A DNA stretch of 64,000 nt from Anthoceros angustus (GCA_010909165.1 VJWM01000253.1:124001-188000); one strand, 5' to 3'; shown: positions 11,861-23,583, numbered from the stretch's first letter. Notes: generated from the sequence alone by a model not told the origin. Translations and numbers: made by a program.

Positions 11861-14800
11861 TTAGGTAGGTGGGAAGAACTTATTAAGCCCAAGTGGCAGT
11901 CTGTAGAACTCGAGGTTGCGAGGATCTCCATTGAAGGTCCTGAACTTCTCCCACCATCCCATTCCACGGTCCTTCGGTGTGGCGTGGTTCATTGTGTTGT
12001 CCAGAATGGCAGTGATGAACAACGCAATCACCGGGCTTGAAGAGAAGATCACGTTGAGCACATCGTTGAACTGCAACAGTTTCAGACACTTTGTCACCTG
12101 CTGCACGATCCAAGGGCCTATAGGAGACGAACCTTAGAGTGCATGGTTACTTCACTTACCCAGTCAGCTCCAGTGTGCACAGGGCCATGAAGAGCTGAAG
12201 TCCTGAACTCGTTGAAGTACTGTGGGACGGAAATGGCCATGAAAAACGCGAAGCCGATGATGAACATGTTCCGGGAAGAGTTCAAATTAACAAACTGAAG
12301 CTGTGAGATTCCGACGGCCGCTGCTCGAGGCATACAAAGAAAACATGATCAGCACCAGGCACGGGAGGTGCAGTTCTGAAAACTGAGATTGAAGAATGTG
12401 GTAGACGAGAAAACTTACTGACAACCCCGAACACGATGCAGAAGATAGCTGCAACAATGGGTTGGGGTATCGAGGCAAAAATTCCACCAAACTTGCCTGC
12501 ATCGACGGAAGAGTACATCACAACAGTCAAATTGGATGCAACTAGAGAAATGCTACCTTTCAGCTCGGACCTTGGGTGCAACGGATGCAGGGAACCAGCT
12601 CACCAAGTAGAGAGAAAGCGATCATGAAGCCTGCAGAGATCTGCACCACTCGGCGACTGCCAACCCTGGTGATACCAATAACTCCCACATTTTCACTGCA
12701 ACAGACAAACAGCACGAATGCGTCAGCCATGACGTCGCGTGCCCAGAGCAATGAAGGCGTGGTATAAAAGGCGTACGGAGAAATGGTGACTCCAGTTGTG
12801 GTTCCAAACATTCCCGCGATGAGCAATCCTATACCCTGCACCATGACACGGTCCACACCTAACCCTTGAGAACGCGTCCACCTCAGGGACCACCACACGC
12901 AATGAAGGAAGCAATGGCGGTGAAAGCATGTGAAACCGACCTGCCAACCAACTCCTCGGCTGATGACGTACGGGGGCGGGGGAGTAGCTCCGGAAAGGCG
13001 TGCAGTGGCGTAGTAATCAGCTGTCGACTGAGCACAGCAAGGGGCGGAGTGTCAGTTCCAACACAGTCCCACAGACTTTCACAGGGACCACATCAGGGAG
13101 GGTGTGGTGTTCCATCCCACCTCGATCAGAGCTGCAAAAGCTCCAGCCATCAAGCCGAAAGCATGGCCGGCGTCGAAGGTCGGGGCACCCCATTGGAGAG
13201 GGTACGGGATGCGGATCCTGAACAGAATACGAGAAATACCACGGGAATTAGGACAGGACAGGACGGGGATGGTGTGCTGGAGAGAGAAGAGACGCATGGC
13301 AACCCACCACGGAGACGCTTCGATGATGTTGGAGCGATCGGTTCGGCAATGTTGTTGTCCCTTGGGGCTCGCCTTGTCGTATGCTCCACTGATTGTGAGC
13401 AGATGGGCATAAGCCCACACCACAGCGATGCCCAAGATGATTGGAAAGAGCTCGAAGATGGGAACCTTCCGGACCTTCACGTGCCTCAGAAACTGAGGAA
13501 TTCCAGATCCTGAAGTTAGAAACAGTGGCTGCAAGTGTATTGAGATGGGTTTACGACTAGTGTTGTGAGCAATACTAACCTGAGAGAAGGCAAGGATCAC
13601 GATGATCTGGGGAAGGCCAACCTCGATACACTTGCCAACCTGGAAGCCGAAGGCCATCAGGGTAAGACACAAGTACACAAGCATGGGGAATTGGGGAATT
13701 AAGTATCGAGACCCCGCTTACCCCAGGAAAACCTTGATTGAACAGACCGAGCCCAACCATTGCAATGGTGGGAGCGATCATGAGGGGTGTGAAAAACCTG
13801 ATGGCACATAGCAAACAGGCACAACACGTGAGAAAGGGGGACGCTCTGGCTTTCAGTCACCGTAGCCTCTTGGAAATGCTAGCGTGGCCCAAAACTTCCC
13901 CCCCTCAAAATACCCCCTTCCTTATTGTAGAAAATATAACAGTGAAGATCAATCCCTTGTCTCACCTTGCCACTATACCCCACAGGCCACTGAATCCCAG
14001 AATAATGTGAAGACTGGACGTTGCGATGTAAGCTCCTTGGACAGCACGAATTGACCTCAAGAACCTCTGTTTACATGAAGCCAAATCACGTGTTTACATG
14101 ACAAGCAAGCATACCTGATCAGTATGCCCAAGAGGCCACTGAATCCAAGGATAATATGAAGGCTGCATCCTGCCAAAGTAGCTCCTTGTATGGCACGCAT
14201 GGTTCTAATAAACCTCTGTTCCAGGGTATGCAGATTATGTGGACGCGAAGGGGCAGCAGACTAGGAGCGGGGATTAGATTGGCAGCATCTACAAACAACC
14301 GGCTCCAGTCAAACGAGCACAGAGAGAGAAAATGAATACCTCATGGTCGTCGTTGATGTGCAGCAAGGCAGGAGAGCGGATGATCGTGATGGTAGGTAGA
14401 ATGAAGTAAAAGGAGCTCCCCACAACCGTCGGAAGGCGGGCCCCAAGAGTAGTCTGAAGCAGAGTGTTAATCCCCGTCACAAACACAACGGACTGAATGA
14501 CCTTGGCCTTGTCGTGCTGCGCAATAACGACAGACCCACATGAGGCAAAGCAGCAAGAGCGACCAGGTCGCCTTCGGACGCAGTGCGAGCAATGGTGCAA
14601 GAAGGCCTACGTCGTCTCCGCCCATCAACGGCACCAGCATCGAGGGGATCATGACGGCAGCACCCAGCATCACGATGTAGTGTTGAAATCCCAGCACAAT
14701 GGCCTCCACTGCACGAAACAGGCAGCGGTGAGGCGACGCAACCCAGAGCCAGAGCCAGTGCCAGCCATTTCAGCTACTTCATTACCCTTCCCCTTCCCCC

Positions 14801-15271
14801 TCCCATCCCTCAAACCGCGAGTCGGCCGAATGTTGGTCAAACTGCAGTTGCCGGGGAGCTAAAAGGTGCAACTGTCGGTTACAACCATCGAGCTGGTGCC
14901 ATTGCGGTTACGAGTTGCTCGCACCCTTGGCACAAAGACGAAAGGGCGCCCACCACGAAGCCCAACCAGCCAAGGAACACCAAAAAACCACACCTTCCTC
15001 CACGCATTCGGTCCACACACAACCCAAGAGCAAGCCAACCAAGAACCCCTCCGTACACCAACGCTCACACCCACACCCACACCCAATTCCCCGCCCACAA
15101 GCAGCCCAATTACGAAAAAGACCCCGCTCCAGCAGGGGAAGCAGGCGCAGGGCAGGAAGCGGAGAACGTACCCCAAGGCGGATTGTCATTGATGCAGTAC
15201 TTGAGCGTGAGCAGCTGCTCCTCCGCCTTGTGCTGCAAATCCTCCGGCTTGGCAGGAGCGGGGGCCGCCAT
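11861..15271 (-). CDS. Nucleobase-ascorbate transporter (NAT/NCS2, xanthine-uracil permease family), multi-exon, with a duplicated alternative exon
   Basis: Exon 1 MAAPAPAKPEDLQHKAEEQLLTLKYCINDNPPW (15271-15172). TM1 motif EAIVLGFQHYIVML, RLPTVVGSSF, NAT signature ENVGVIGITRVGSRRVVQISAGF, C-terminus FYRLPLGLNKFFPPT*. Confidence 0.95.
13966..14066 (-). other. NAT alternative exon B (101 nt)
   Basis: AG/GT flanked; encodes RFLRSIRAVQGAYIATSSLHIILGFSGLWGIVA(R); same phases as exon A. Confidence 0.85.
14115..14215 (-). other. NAT alternative exon A (101 nt)
   Basis: AG/GT flanked; encodes RFIRTMRAIQGATLAGCSLHIILGFSGLLGILI(R); phase 0 in, phase 2 out. Confidence 0.85.
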
Positions 15272-15571
15272 GTCGCCCCAGCACTGTCCTCCGCTCTACA
15301 ACAATCCCTGCCCTCTGCTTCCCCCTCCCGCAAGACCAGTCAGCCCTCTTCCACCAAGACCCGCCCTGCGCCAATTCCGCCGCCCTCAACACCACCACCC
15401 GAGGGAGCTCCGGCGCATTCCAATTGCAATGCCGAACCCGAAGCCCAGCAAGCCCAAGGCAGCGGCAGCAGCAGCAGCAGCAACACCGGCACCCGAAGCT
15501 GCTCCGAAGCTTCCCGCTTCCCCGCCCAGCTCAACCACTGAAAGAAGCGCCCACGAAAGCCCAGCAAAGGC

Positions 15572-15631
15572 GCAGTGCAGTGCAGTGCAGTGCAGTGCAG
15601 TGCAGTGCAGTGCAATGCAATGCAATGCAAT
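15572..15631. repeat. Compound pentanucleotide microsatellite (GCAGT)8(GCAAT)4 upstream of the NAT start codon
   Basis: Read directly from the sequence. Confidence 0.97.
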
Positions 15632-18600
15632 GGTGGGCGCCCAAGAAATCCTATTCCTAACACGCAGAACCAGAGCCACGAATCCGCGAATCCAGCCGCC
15701 GGCAGCCTTTCCCCTCCAGCGAACCGCGGTAGCGAGGAGGCGGGAGGAGCGCAATGCGGGCAAATGCGGCGCCAAGCCGGCTTTGAGCAAAGCTTCGGCT
15801 CCCAGGCAGGCCCGAGTCCGACACGCAGGAGAGCGAGCAGCAGGAACCAGGCAAGGCCGAGCCTCTGCCTATGCAACGTTAACTGGCCCCGTCTTTATGA
15901 GCCCGTTGCTGTAACGTTCATGTTCGGGCAGCACGCCATCATGAACGTTCGTGACCGGGCCGGGGGCCGGGCCCGGGCCGAGCCCCGGGCCGGGCAGCCT
16001 CCCCTTTCAAAACGCCGTCCCCGGCCGCCGGTAAAGGGCTTCCCGGCTACGGGGCAGCGGGCAGCGGGCAGCCCGCCGCGCATACTGCATGTTATGTATC
16101 TCCTCCCCCGGCTGGCGCTGGCTACGGTATCCGTCCCGGATCTCGCGTATGGACTCCGCATGGTCATTAAATAACACGCATACATACTGATGCAACCAAC
16201 CCGTACATGGCATTGGCCAGCTGCATAATTGTCATCATTCAAATTATGAGCCATGTTGCCGTTGCGGTAAGTTAGTAACCGGGCGGGTAGCTCCTACCGG
16301 TGGCGGGTGAAAAAATGCTCCCCGCCCCACCTTACTGCATGATGACGGCCGCGGCGGCAGCGTGGACACTTGTCTCGCCCGGGCGATGCGGCCACGGCCC
16401 GAAAGTGGCCGGGGAAAGTTAGTGGAGAACCCGCAAGAATGGCTTCAGGCGGAAGGAAAGGAAGGCTGGCGATGCACGCCCCGCCTCCGTCCAATGGAGG
16501 GGTTGCTTGGCGAGGCGGAAAAGAGAAAGGGAGAGCATCTGCGGGCTGCACTAGCTTCCATTCAATGCGGTAGTGTAGCATGTTGGTGAGATGGCGTTGT
16601 CCACTACTTGCCCTACATAGCTGGCTATGTCAGCAAATAGAGCTGTTGCGGCGGTGGCACCGGACTATCGAGTGCCGATGCAGACCAGGGAGCAGATGGA
16701 TGTACGCTGCTCTCACTGGAGGTTTCAGCGTGTGCGATTGGGGGGCATTGAATTGGACTCTGTTCCCTAGGAGAGTGATTACGTACATGGAGGCAAGTTG
16801 ATGAGCTCTCAGGCCCTAATGAAATGGCCTGGCTGGTATGTTCACTGAGCTCGTACCGGCTATGGCTGTCACCGCGGTGCGGAACCCTAGGAAAATGCTT
16901 GTCTACGACCCCGGGGGGCGCTGATTCCCGGCTTAGGATGCCGTTCTCCTGCGAAGGTCTCTGACCACTCTCTGTTGGCGACTATAAAGTGGCAGCAGAT
17001 CCGTGGCCTGGATCGGTCCGTATACCTGTTGCCGGATGCAGATATCATAAACAAGGGGAATGAATGCCCGGAAGTCATCCAGTAAATTCGCTTATCTGGC
17101 GTGAATTTGGAGCTTGAAGGAGAGAAGCAACGGATTGAATTCATGTTTCCAAGACCGCGACGCCTTCTCCCAGGCAGAAAACGCTCTGGCGGGGCGCGGT
17201 AATTTATTATTAGATCATCATGGTGATGGGGCCGATGAAGAAGGAATACAGTAGCCGTTGAAATGCGGTACCATCTCCGCCTCTGATGAGAAGGCTCTGG
17301 CAACCTGCGACATGGCCTGGCGCTTCTTGGTCGGACCATCCGGGCCATGGCAGGCTGCCATCAACGCTGCGCTTCTTGGCCTATGGCAGGTCACCACAAG
17401 AAGAAGCTGGTATGCAGGCTATGTGGAGGGAAGCTCATGCTCGCAATTCGAGCCCACTGTTCCGACCATGCATATGTATGTACCTACAGCGGCTGCACTC
17501 GTGACCTTTTGTATTCCACCCCGTGATCATGCTCCTGGCGCAGTGGAGGCCCCTGCACTAATGAAACCTAGCCCTGGAACCCGGAGGAGAGGCGGGAGCA
17601 AGGGATTGCGTCCCGGTACGGGCTGCTGTTTCTCATACCCTTTTTCTCCTTTCATTTACCTTGATACATACACCAATGACGCCCATGGTTGACAGATGGG
17701 TCACAAGCTTTCATCACGCTGATGATCTGAGAGACTACCTATCTGTACATCACCGGAAAACTGATGAGTAATTCCGTCCTGCAGGCCTCCCGATTCGTCC
17801 TGCAAACCCTATGCTTGCGTCCTGGACAGCAATCTTGACACCATCCTTATCTTGACTTGATTCAGGAAACGAGGAGCCCGTTCTTGGACTGGGACAAATG
17901 CATTAGATTCGGAGGCACATGAGGCAATAACGCTTCCCCCAAGTGCGAGTCCTGGAAACCGTCACTCGTTCCGGTGGAGACTGCAAGTAGTTGCACAATC
18001 CAGTCCCGCTGGACAGGAAAGCGGTGGACACGTTCTGCACACATGTGGCTACTGCCTCCCTTGTACATTATGGATCAAATCTTCCAGCAAGTGCAACCTG
18101 AGTGAATGCCAAGCTTGAGGACAAGGGTTGCCACATGAACTGTTTAATTACATACAAAAGAATGTACAGCAATACCGAGGACAGAAGCGTGAGCGCATAT
18201 CCACTATCTGTATGTACATCTGCTTCTTCAAGGCCTTACGCTGATGCCTGGCTGAGACGGAATCAATGACCAGCTCCCCTCCTACTGTTTTGGCCACTGT
18301 GGGCTTACACTCTGCACAGACAGATGCTAAAACTGTTGGATGAAATTCGTCAACAGGATCCTGTTCTCCAGGACATGATCTGGTGCATCCAACATAACTC
18401 AAGGCTTAGTAGACATAGACCTCGAGAGTGGCGAACACCAAGCGCATGCGATCTGCAACCAGTGCCGGCTCTTCAGCATGGCCTGCAACAGCTAACTGCT
18501 CCAGCTGCAAGGTCTTTATGGGCATCCTAAAACGCATTCACAGGCTTGAGAAAAATGGTCATGCGGATATGTTAGCAGCAATGAGGTCAAGGACTAGCTA

Positions 18601-20124
18601 GCCTAACATGTCCATTGGCTAGTAAGCCTAAACGTTCACCGAACAAGGTCACTTTGGAGCCTGTAAGCGAATGAACAAGTCCTACCAGGCCATCCCACGA
18701 GTGTAGTAAGCATTGGCAATAACAGCACAGAACCCTTTCCATTGCCGCTGCTGTTCAGATGAGACTGCTGGAAAGCTTGACCATCTGACAACCGTTGGTT
18801 GAGGGGTGCACATGATCGTGAGAAAGACGATACAAAGCCATAGTATACACTCTTCTACCTGCAACCACCCAGGTTCTCCTATTAGCATAGAAAGGAAGGA
18901 TACAAGAATCGGTCGACTCAAATTGGTGGCCTCTCTAACACATTAGGTACCTCCTCTGCAGTTACATTTGTCTTCAACCTCACACTTCCCGCTGGCGTCT
19001 CCAGATTATCCGAATCACACACACTCAGAAGTTCGTTGCGGAGACCTTCAGCAGTACAACCTACTGCGTAGGCAGTTACCCCAGCCTCCACAAATTCCTG
19101 TGAAGAGAGACGGCATGGGCAAGTCAGAGATTACGAGCTTCCAAGTGTCTCTCATGCTCCATTTAGGTGGACGAACCCTACCTTCAAATTGGTGAAGCCA
19201 CCATTCAGAACATCCTTGTATCGTCTGTGCAACCCAAGAGCAATGCTCCTCGTGGACTTGAACTCATCATCGTGCGATGCTTTGCAGCAGAGTTGGCCCT
19301 GTTTCACATTGGTGAATCACAAGTGCAGCAAGGATATGGACTGTGTGACCTGGAGAAACAGGGACAGAAGTCTTTGGACTCAACAAACGTAGGTCAGGTA
19401 CCTCGGAGCTGAATCTACCAGGCTCGTCTTGCTTTCGTGTTTCCCAGCCCCAGCATATCCTGGGAATGAAATCGGTCTTCAATCTGCGGAAAAGACTCAG
19501 ACCGGAGACGGCCTCCTGATTGCTTCCAGTTCCTCGGATAGCGATGATCCTAGATGTGCTCAAGGGGCAGCACTTGTTATTGTAGAATAGGGAACCGGCA
19601 AGGGCAGAATAACCAATGCATCCATCTCCAGGCATGTTTGTGAGAATTCTCGTTATAAGCTCCTGCCCCTGCTTATTGCCATTCTGGAATATTGAAAGGA
19701 CTCGTGTCATGAGCAGCGCCCATCACGCCTGCAGGATCGCATAGACGGAAAATATGATACATGGACCACAAGATGTTACCTTCTATGCTTCCAAAGTCGG
19801 AACTGATGCGCCGGATTCTGAATTCACAATGTTATTGGCCGGATGTCACCTGAAATGACATACACGCGTTCATTCCAGGGCCGGCGATGGCATAGCCTTG
19901 TCCCATCAGGTCTGCTGCTTGAGGTGCTAACATTTGCAATCCACCTTGCTGATGACCTGCAGGGTGATCGTGGCGAAGTCCAACCACCCTCTTGGTACAC
20001 CATGAAGAGCTGCTGCTTTCGTGACTCCTTCCAAGTACCAAGTCGGCAAACAACGACGCCTAGAGGTGCAGGGAGCCCCAGGAGGCCCTCTGGTTGGACA
20101 GATTCTGCAAGCTAGCTTGGGTGG

Positions 20125-22401
20125 ATGCGCAGCTGGCGGGTTTGGATGTGGAGACGGGTCGTGCTGCTGCCCCTGCACACGTGCCGGGCGATTGCGAACC
20201 TTGCAGGCCTGCAGGATACGAAAGCGGCATGCCTCGCTGAAACTGTGAGCCAACTATGTCAGCAGGGGCAGCTCACTGAGGCCGTTGAGGCTCTGGGAGT
20301 TCTGGTGCAGACAGATTGTTGCATCTCCAAACCTCTCTTTTTAACGGTTCTAAAGGAATGTGTGGCTAAGAAGAATCTGGCTCTGGGTCGCCGTGTTCAT
20401 GCTCTCACCTTGAAGCAGGGGCATGAGTCGGACACGATCCTGTGCAACCACATCTTGCGAATGTATGCCTCTCATGCCAGGCTAGAAGAGGCTACGGACG
20501 TGTTTACTATGGTTGCCAGACCAGATGCCTTCACGTGGTCTGCCATACTCTCAGCGCACGTCAAACACGGGCGGGATAAGCAGGCCATACAACTGTATCA
20601 TCGCATGCGCAGGTCAAAAGTGGAGCCAGATGCTCATGTGTTTGTGGCAGCCCTTCAGGCTTGTGCAAGGGGAGCAGACTTGGCATCTGGGCAGCAGGTG
20701 CATGCTCATGTGTTGGCTAAAGGACTCGAGCCTAATTTGTTTGTTAGTAGTGGCTTGGTTGTTATGTATGCGAAGTGTGGCAGCTTAGAAGACGCTCAAA
20801 GAGTGTTTGATGGACTTGGGCAAAAGGATGTGGTCACGTGGAATGCCCTGATAGCAGGGTATTCCCAGCGGGGAATGGGGCAAGAAGCCTTTTGTCTATA
20901 TGATGCTATGGTAGAAGAAGGGATCGTTGTACCCGATTCTGTGACATATTTGTCCCTCCTGCAGGCATGTGCAAGTATGGGCACGCAGGCCTTGGAGAAG
21001 GGGAAGCATCTTCATGCACGAATTCGTGAAAGGGGGCATCATGCTGATGTGTTTGTGGCCAACAGTTTGGTTAACATGTATGCAAAGTGTGGGAGCTTGA
21101 ACGACGCCCAAAGAGTGTTTGACAGACTTGGTCAAAAAGATATTGTGACATGGAATTCGCTGATCGCAGGGTATGTCCAGCAGGGCCTGGGAGAGGAAGG
21201 CCTTCGTCTCTACGATGCTATGCAAGAAGATGACACTCCTGTACCAACTTCTGTGACGTTTTTGTGCCTCCTGCAGGCTTGTGCAAGCGTGGGCAACCCG
21301 GCTTTGGACAAAGGGAAGGAGCTTCATGCACGAATTACAGAGAAAGGCCTTCAAGGAGATGTGTTTACAGCCAGCTGCTTGGTAAACATGTACGCAAAGT
21401 GTGGCAGCTTGGAAGACGCTCAAAGAGTGTTTGACGGACTTGGTCAAAAAGATGTGGTGGCATGGAGTGCCATGATAGCAGGATATTGCCAGCAAGGCAT
21501 GGTGCAGGAAGTCCTTCGCCTTTACAATGAAATGCAAGAAGAAGGTCTGACAACACCCGACGCAGTGACGTTTGTGTACCTCCTACAGGCATGTGCAAGT
21601 GTGGGAGCTTTGCATGTGGGAAGGCAGCTTCATGCACAGATAAACAAGCAAGGCCTTCAAGCTGATTTGGTTGTGGGTGGGAGTTTGATAAACATGTATG
21701 GAAAGACTGGCAGCATGGTTGATGCACAGCAGGTGTTTGAAGCATTGCCTGAAAGAGACACTGCTGCTTGGAATGCTATCATTGCAGGCTACACCTGTCA
21801 AGGGAACAGTGACACCGTCTTTAACTTGTTTCGGAGGATGAGGAAGGATGGCATACAGCCAGATGGCATCACATTCCTTAGTATATTAACAGCATGCAGT
21901 CATTCGGGTCTTCCAGAAAAGGGGCGAGAGTACTTTGAAGCTATGAGTAGGGAATACGGGATCAGTCCCACGGTGGAGCACTATACTTGCATTGTGGACC
22001 TCCTCGGTCGTGTGGGCCGGTTGGACGAGTCACTAGCTTTAGTGAAGACGATGCCTGTGCATCCTGATGCTGCAGCTTGGCACACTGTATTAGGGGCTTG
22101 TCAAAAGTGGAGCAATGTGGAGGTGGGATGCCACGCTTTCAATGAAGCAGTGAAGTTAGAAAATAAGGATGCTGCAGCATATGTTCTTATGTCGAACATA
22201 TATACTGAGGCCCGGATGTGGGATCAGGCAGATGAGATGCAGTCGAGGAGAATACGAATCAGCGCGTGGAAGCTGCCAGGACAGAGCCTGTGGACGGACA
22301 TGGATGGTTTGGTCCACAGTTTCTGGGTTGGAGATAGGAATGCCCCAGATAAGCTCCAGATCAGGAGAGAATTAACAGAGACTTGCAGGAAAACTCCATA
22401 G
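20125..22401 (+). CDS. PLS-class pentatricopeptide repeat protein with E1/E2/E+ extension (organellar RNA-editing factor type), intronless, 758 aa
   Basis: About 17 PLS motifs (YAKCGSLEDA, DVVTWNALIAGY, PDSVTYLSLLQACAS), P2-L2-S2 (FLSILTACSHSG, EHYTCIVDLLGR), E1/E2 and a PG-box-like KLPGQSLW...VHSFWVGD. The ORF stops before any DYW domain. Arg/Trp-rich N-terminus resembles a transit peptide. Confidence 0.95.
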   Translation: MRSWRVWMWRRVVLLPLHTCRAIANLAGLQDTKAACLAETVSQLCQQGQLTEAVEALGVLVQTDCCISKPLFLTVLKECVAKKNLALGRRVHALTLKQGHESDTILCNHILRMYASHARLEEATDVFTMVARPDAFTWSAILSAHVKHGRDKQAIQLYHRMRRSKVEPDAHVFVAALQACARGADLASGQQVHAHVLAKGLEPNLFVSSGLVVMYAKCGSLEDAQRVFDGLGQKDVVTWNALIAGYSQRGMGQEAFCLYDAMVEEGIVVPDSVTYLSLLQACASMGTQALEKGKHLHARIRERGHHADVFVANSLVNMYAKCGSLNDAQRVFDRLGQKDIVTWNSLIAGYVQQGLGEEGLRLYDAMQEDDTPVPTSVTFLCLLQACASVGNPALDKGKELHARITEKGLQGDVFTASCLVNMYAKCGSLEDAQRVFDGLGQKDVVAWSAMIAGYCQQGMVQEVLRLYNEMQEEGLTTPDAVTFVYLLQACASVGALHVGRQLHAQINKQGLQADLVVGGSLINMYGKTGSMVDAQQVFEALPERDTAAWNAIIAGYTCQGNSDTVFNLFRRMRKDGIQPDGITFLSILTACSHSGLPEKGREYFEAMSREYGISPTVEHYTCIVDLLGRVGRLDESLALVKTMPVHPDAAAWHTVLGACQKWSNVEVGCHAFNEAVKLENKDAAAYVLMSNIYTEARMWDQADEMQSRRIRISAWKLPGQSLWTDMDGLVHSFWVGDRNAPDKLQIRRELTETCRKTP

Positions 22402-23583
22402 TAATCATCAGCTATATTACTTCTGAAATTCAGGAAATTTTGAATAATCAAGATATACCCCTTCTAAAAACAAGTGGGTGATCTTACAACGATAGTGGTC
22501 ACATCTATACCAAAATAATGTGAAAAAGAACCTTCTCGAAGGGCACAAACGAAGAAAACAAATGAAGAATTTTATTGAAGCCCAAAATGGGACTTAGTAC
22601 TGTTAAGGTGTATCTGACTTGAAGCGTCAACTATGTATCCGGACCTACAGACACATGCATGGGAAGGTAAGGTTACTAGACCGTATTCTTGCCCGTGACA
22701 AGATTGTGCCAAATACTGACAGGGTCACCCTTCAGACTATCAGCATATGGCGAGTTGAAACTGAGCGATGAACTGGCTACAATGAACCCGATCAAGCAGG
22801 CATACGCATACATCAAGGGTGATAGGGTGAGGTCACTGCAAGAGGATCTGTCTACTGTAATTCACAGCACCACAGGTCCACTCAATAGATTACACACAAA
22901 TGGTTAGATGCCCTCAGTCCTTCGTGTCCTTCATACACCTTTCTGCACAAGAAATCAAGGTCACAGTGCAAGAGTTCAAGAGAGCGTGGCCTCAACGTCA
23001 GTAAGGGGAGAGATCCTCTTAAGAATGGGCACAAGGATCGGCACTCTTGTTACTTCCTCGAGCAGAAAATGGAATACAATTTTATAGGATGTCCAAGGCA
23101 TCTTTTCCTACGCTTTAACTACAGTGACAATCTTGTAAGTTGTGGCCACTCACGTTTTCCCATAGCCAGTCCCTATAGCTCCTGGATGCCCGCTCTCATG
23201 TCCACAGTACTCATGCTGGCTCTTTCTTGACAAAAGCACAATCTAATCTTCCTCCTAACAGTACTTACTTAACTTATGGAAAATGGAGACTTTCTAAAAA
23301 AGATGATAACTTATGAAAAATAGAGATTTAAAAAAAAAAAAGATGGGAAAACCCATCTACCCCGAGCCGATGAGAATAATCGATTAAAGGGCCAAGAGCC
23401 CTCTTGGCCCCGGGGGGCTAACCCCCCAGAATGTCGATCCCAAAACTACCAACTGCCCCAAGTATGTCGTGGTCAGAGATAAGGAAAGGGGTACGTATAA
23501 CCGGTGCTGTTGATGCCGCGTCTCCCACGCTCGTTGACAACTTACACCATAGTGTGCCTAAGGTCGAGTTCGCATGTGCCCAG

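Noticed and set aside
12866-13513. 215-aa plus-strand ORF
   Set aside because: Antisense shadow of NAT exons, with no recognisable motifs.
14866-16254. Many overlapping 100-240 aa ORFs on both strands (for example 15183-15914 and 14915-15541)
   Set aside because: They arise from GC-rich intron/UTR sequence and the (GCAGT)n and (GCA)n microsatellites, which give SAVQC/CTALH repeats. The real coding exon here is NAT exon 1 (15172-15271).
20896-21801. Minus-strand ORFs of 213, 126 and 72 aa
   Set aside because: Antisense shadows of the repetitive PPR coding sequence.
23360-23410. Hammerhead ribozyme or retrozyme core suggested by CCGATGAG plus hairpins
   Set aside because: The core is not CUGANGA, and no correctly spaced GAAA or three-way junction could be built.
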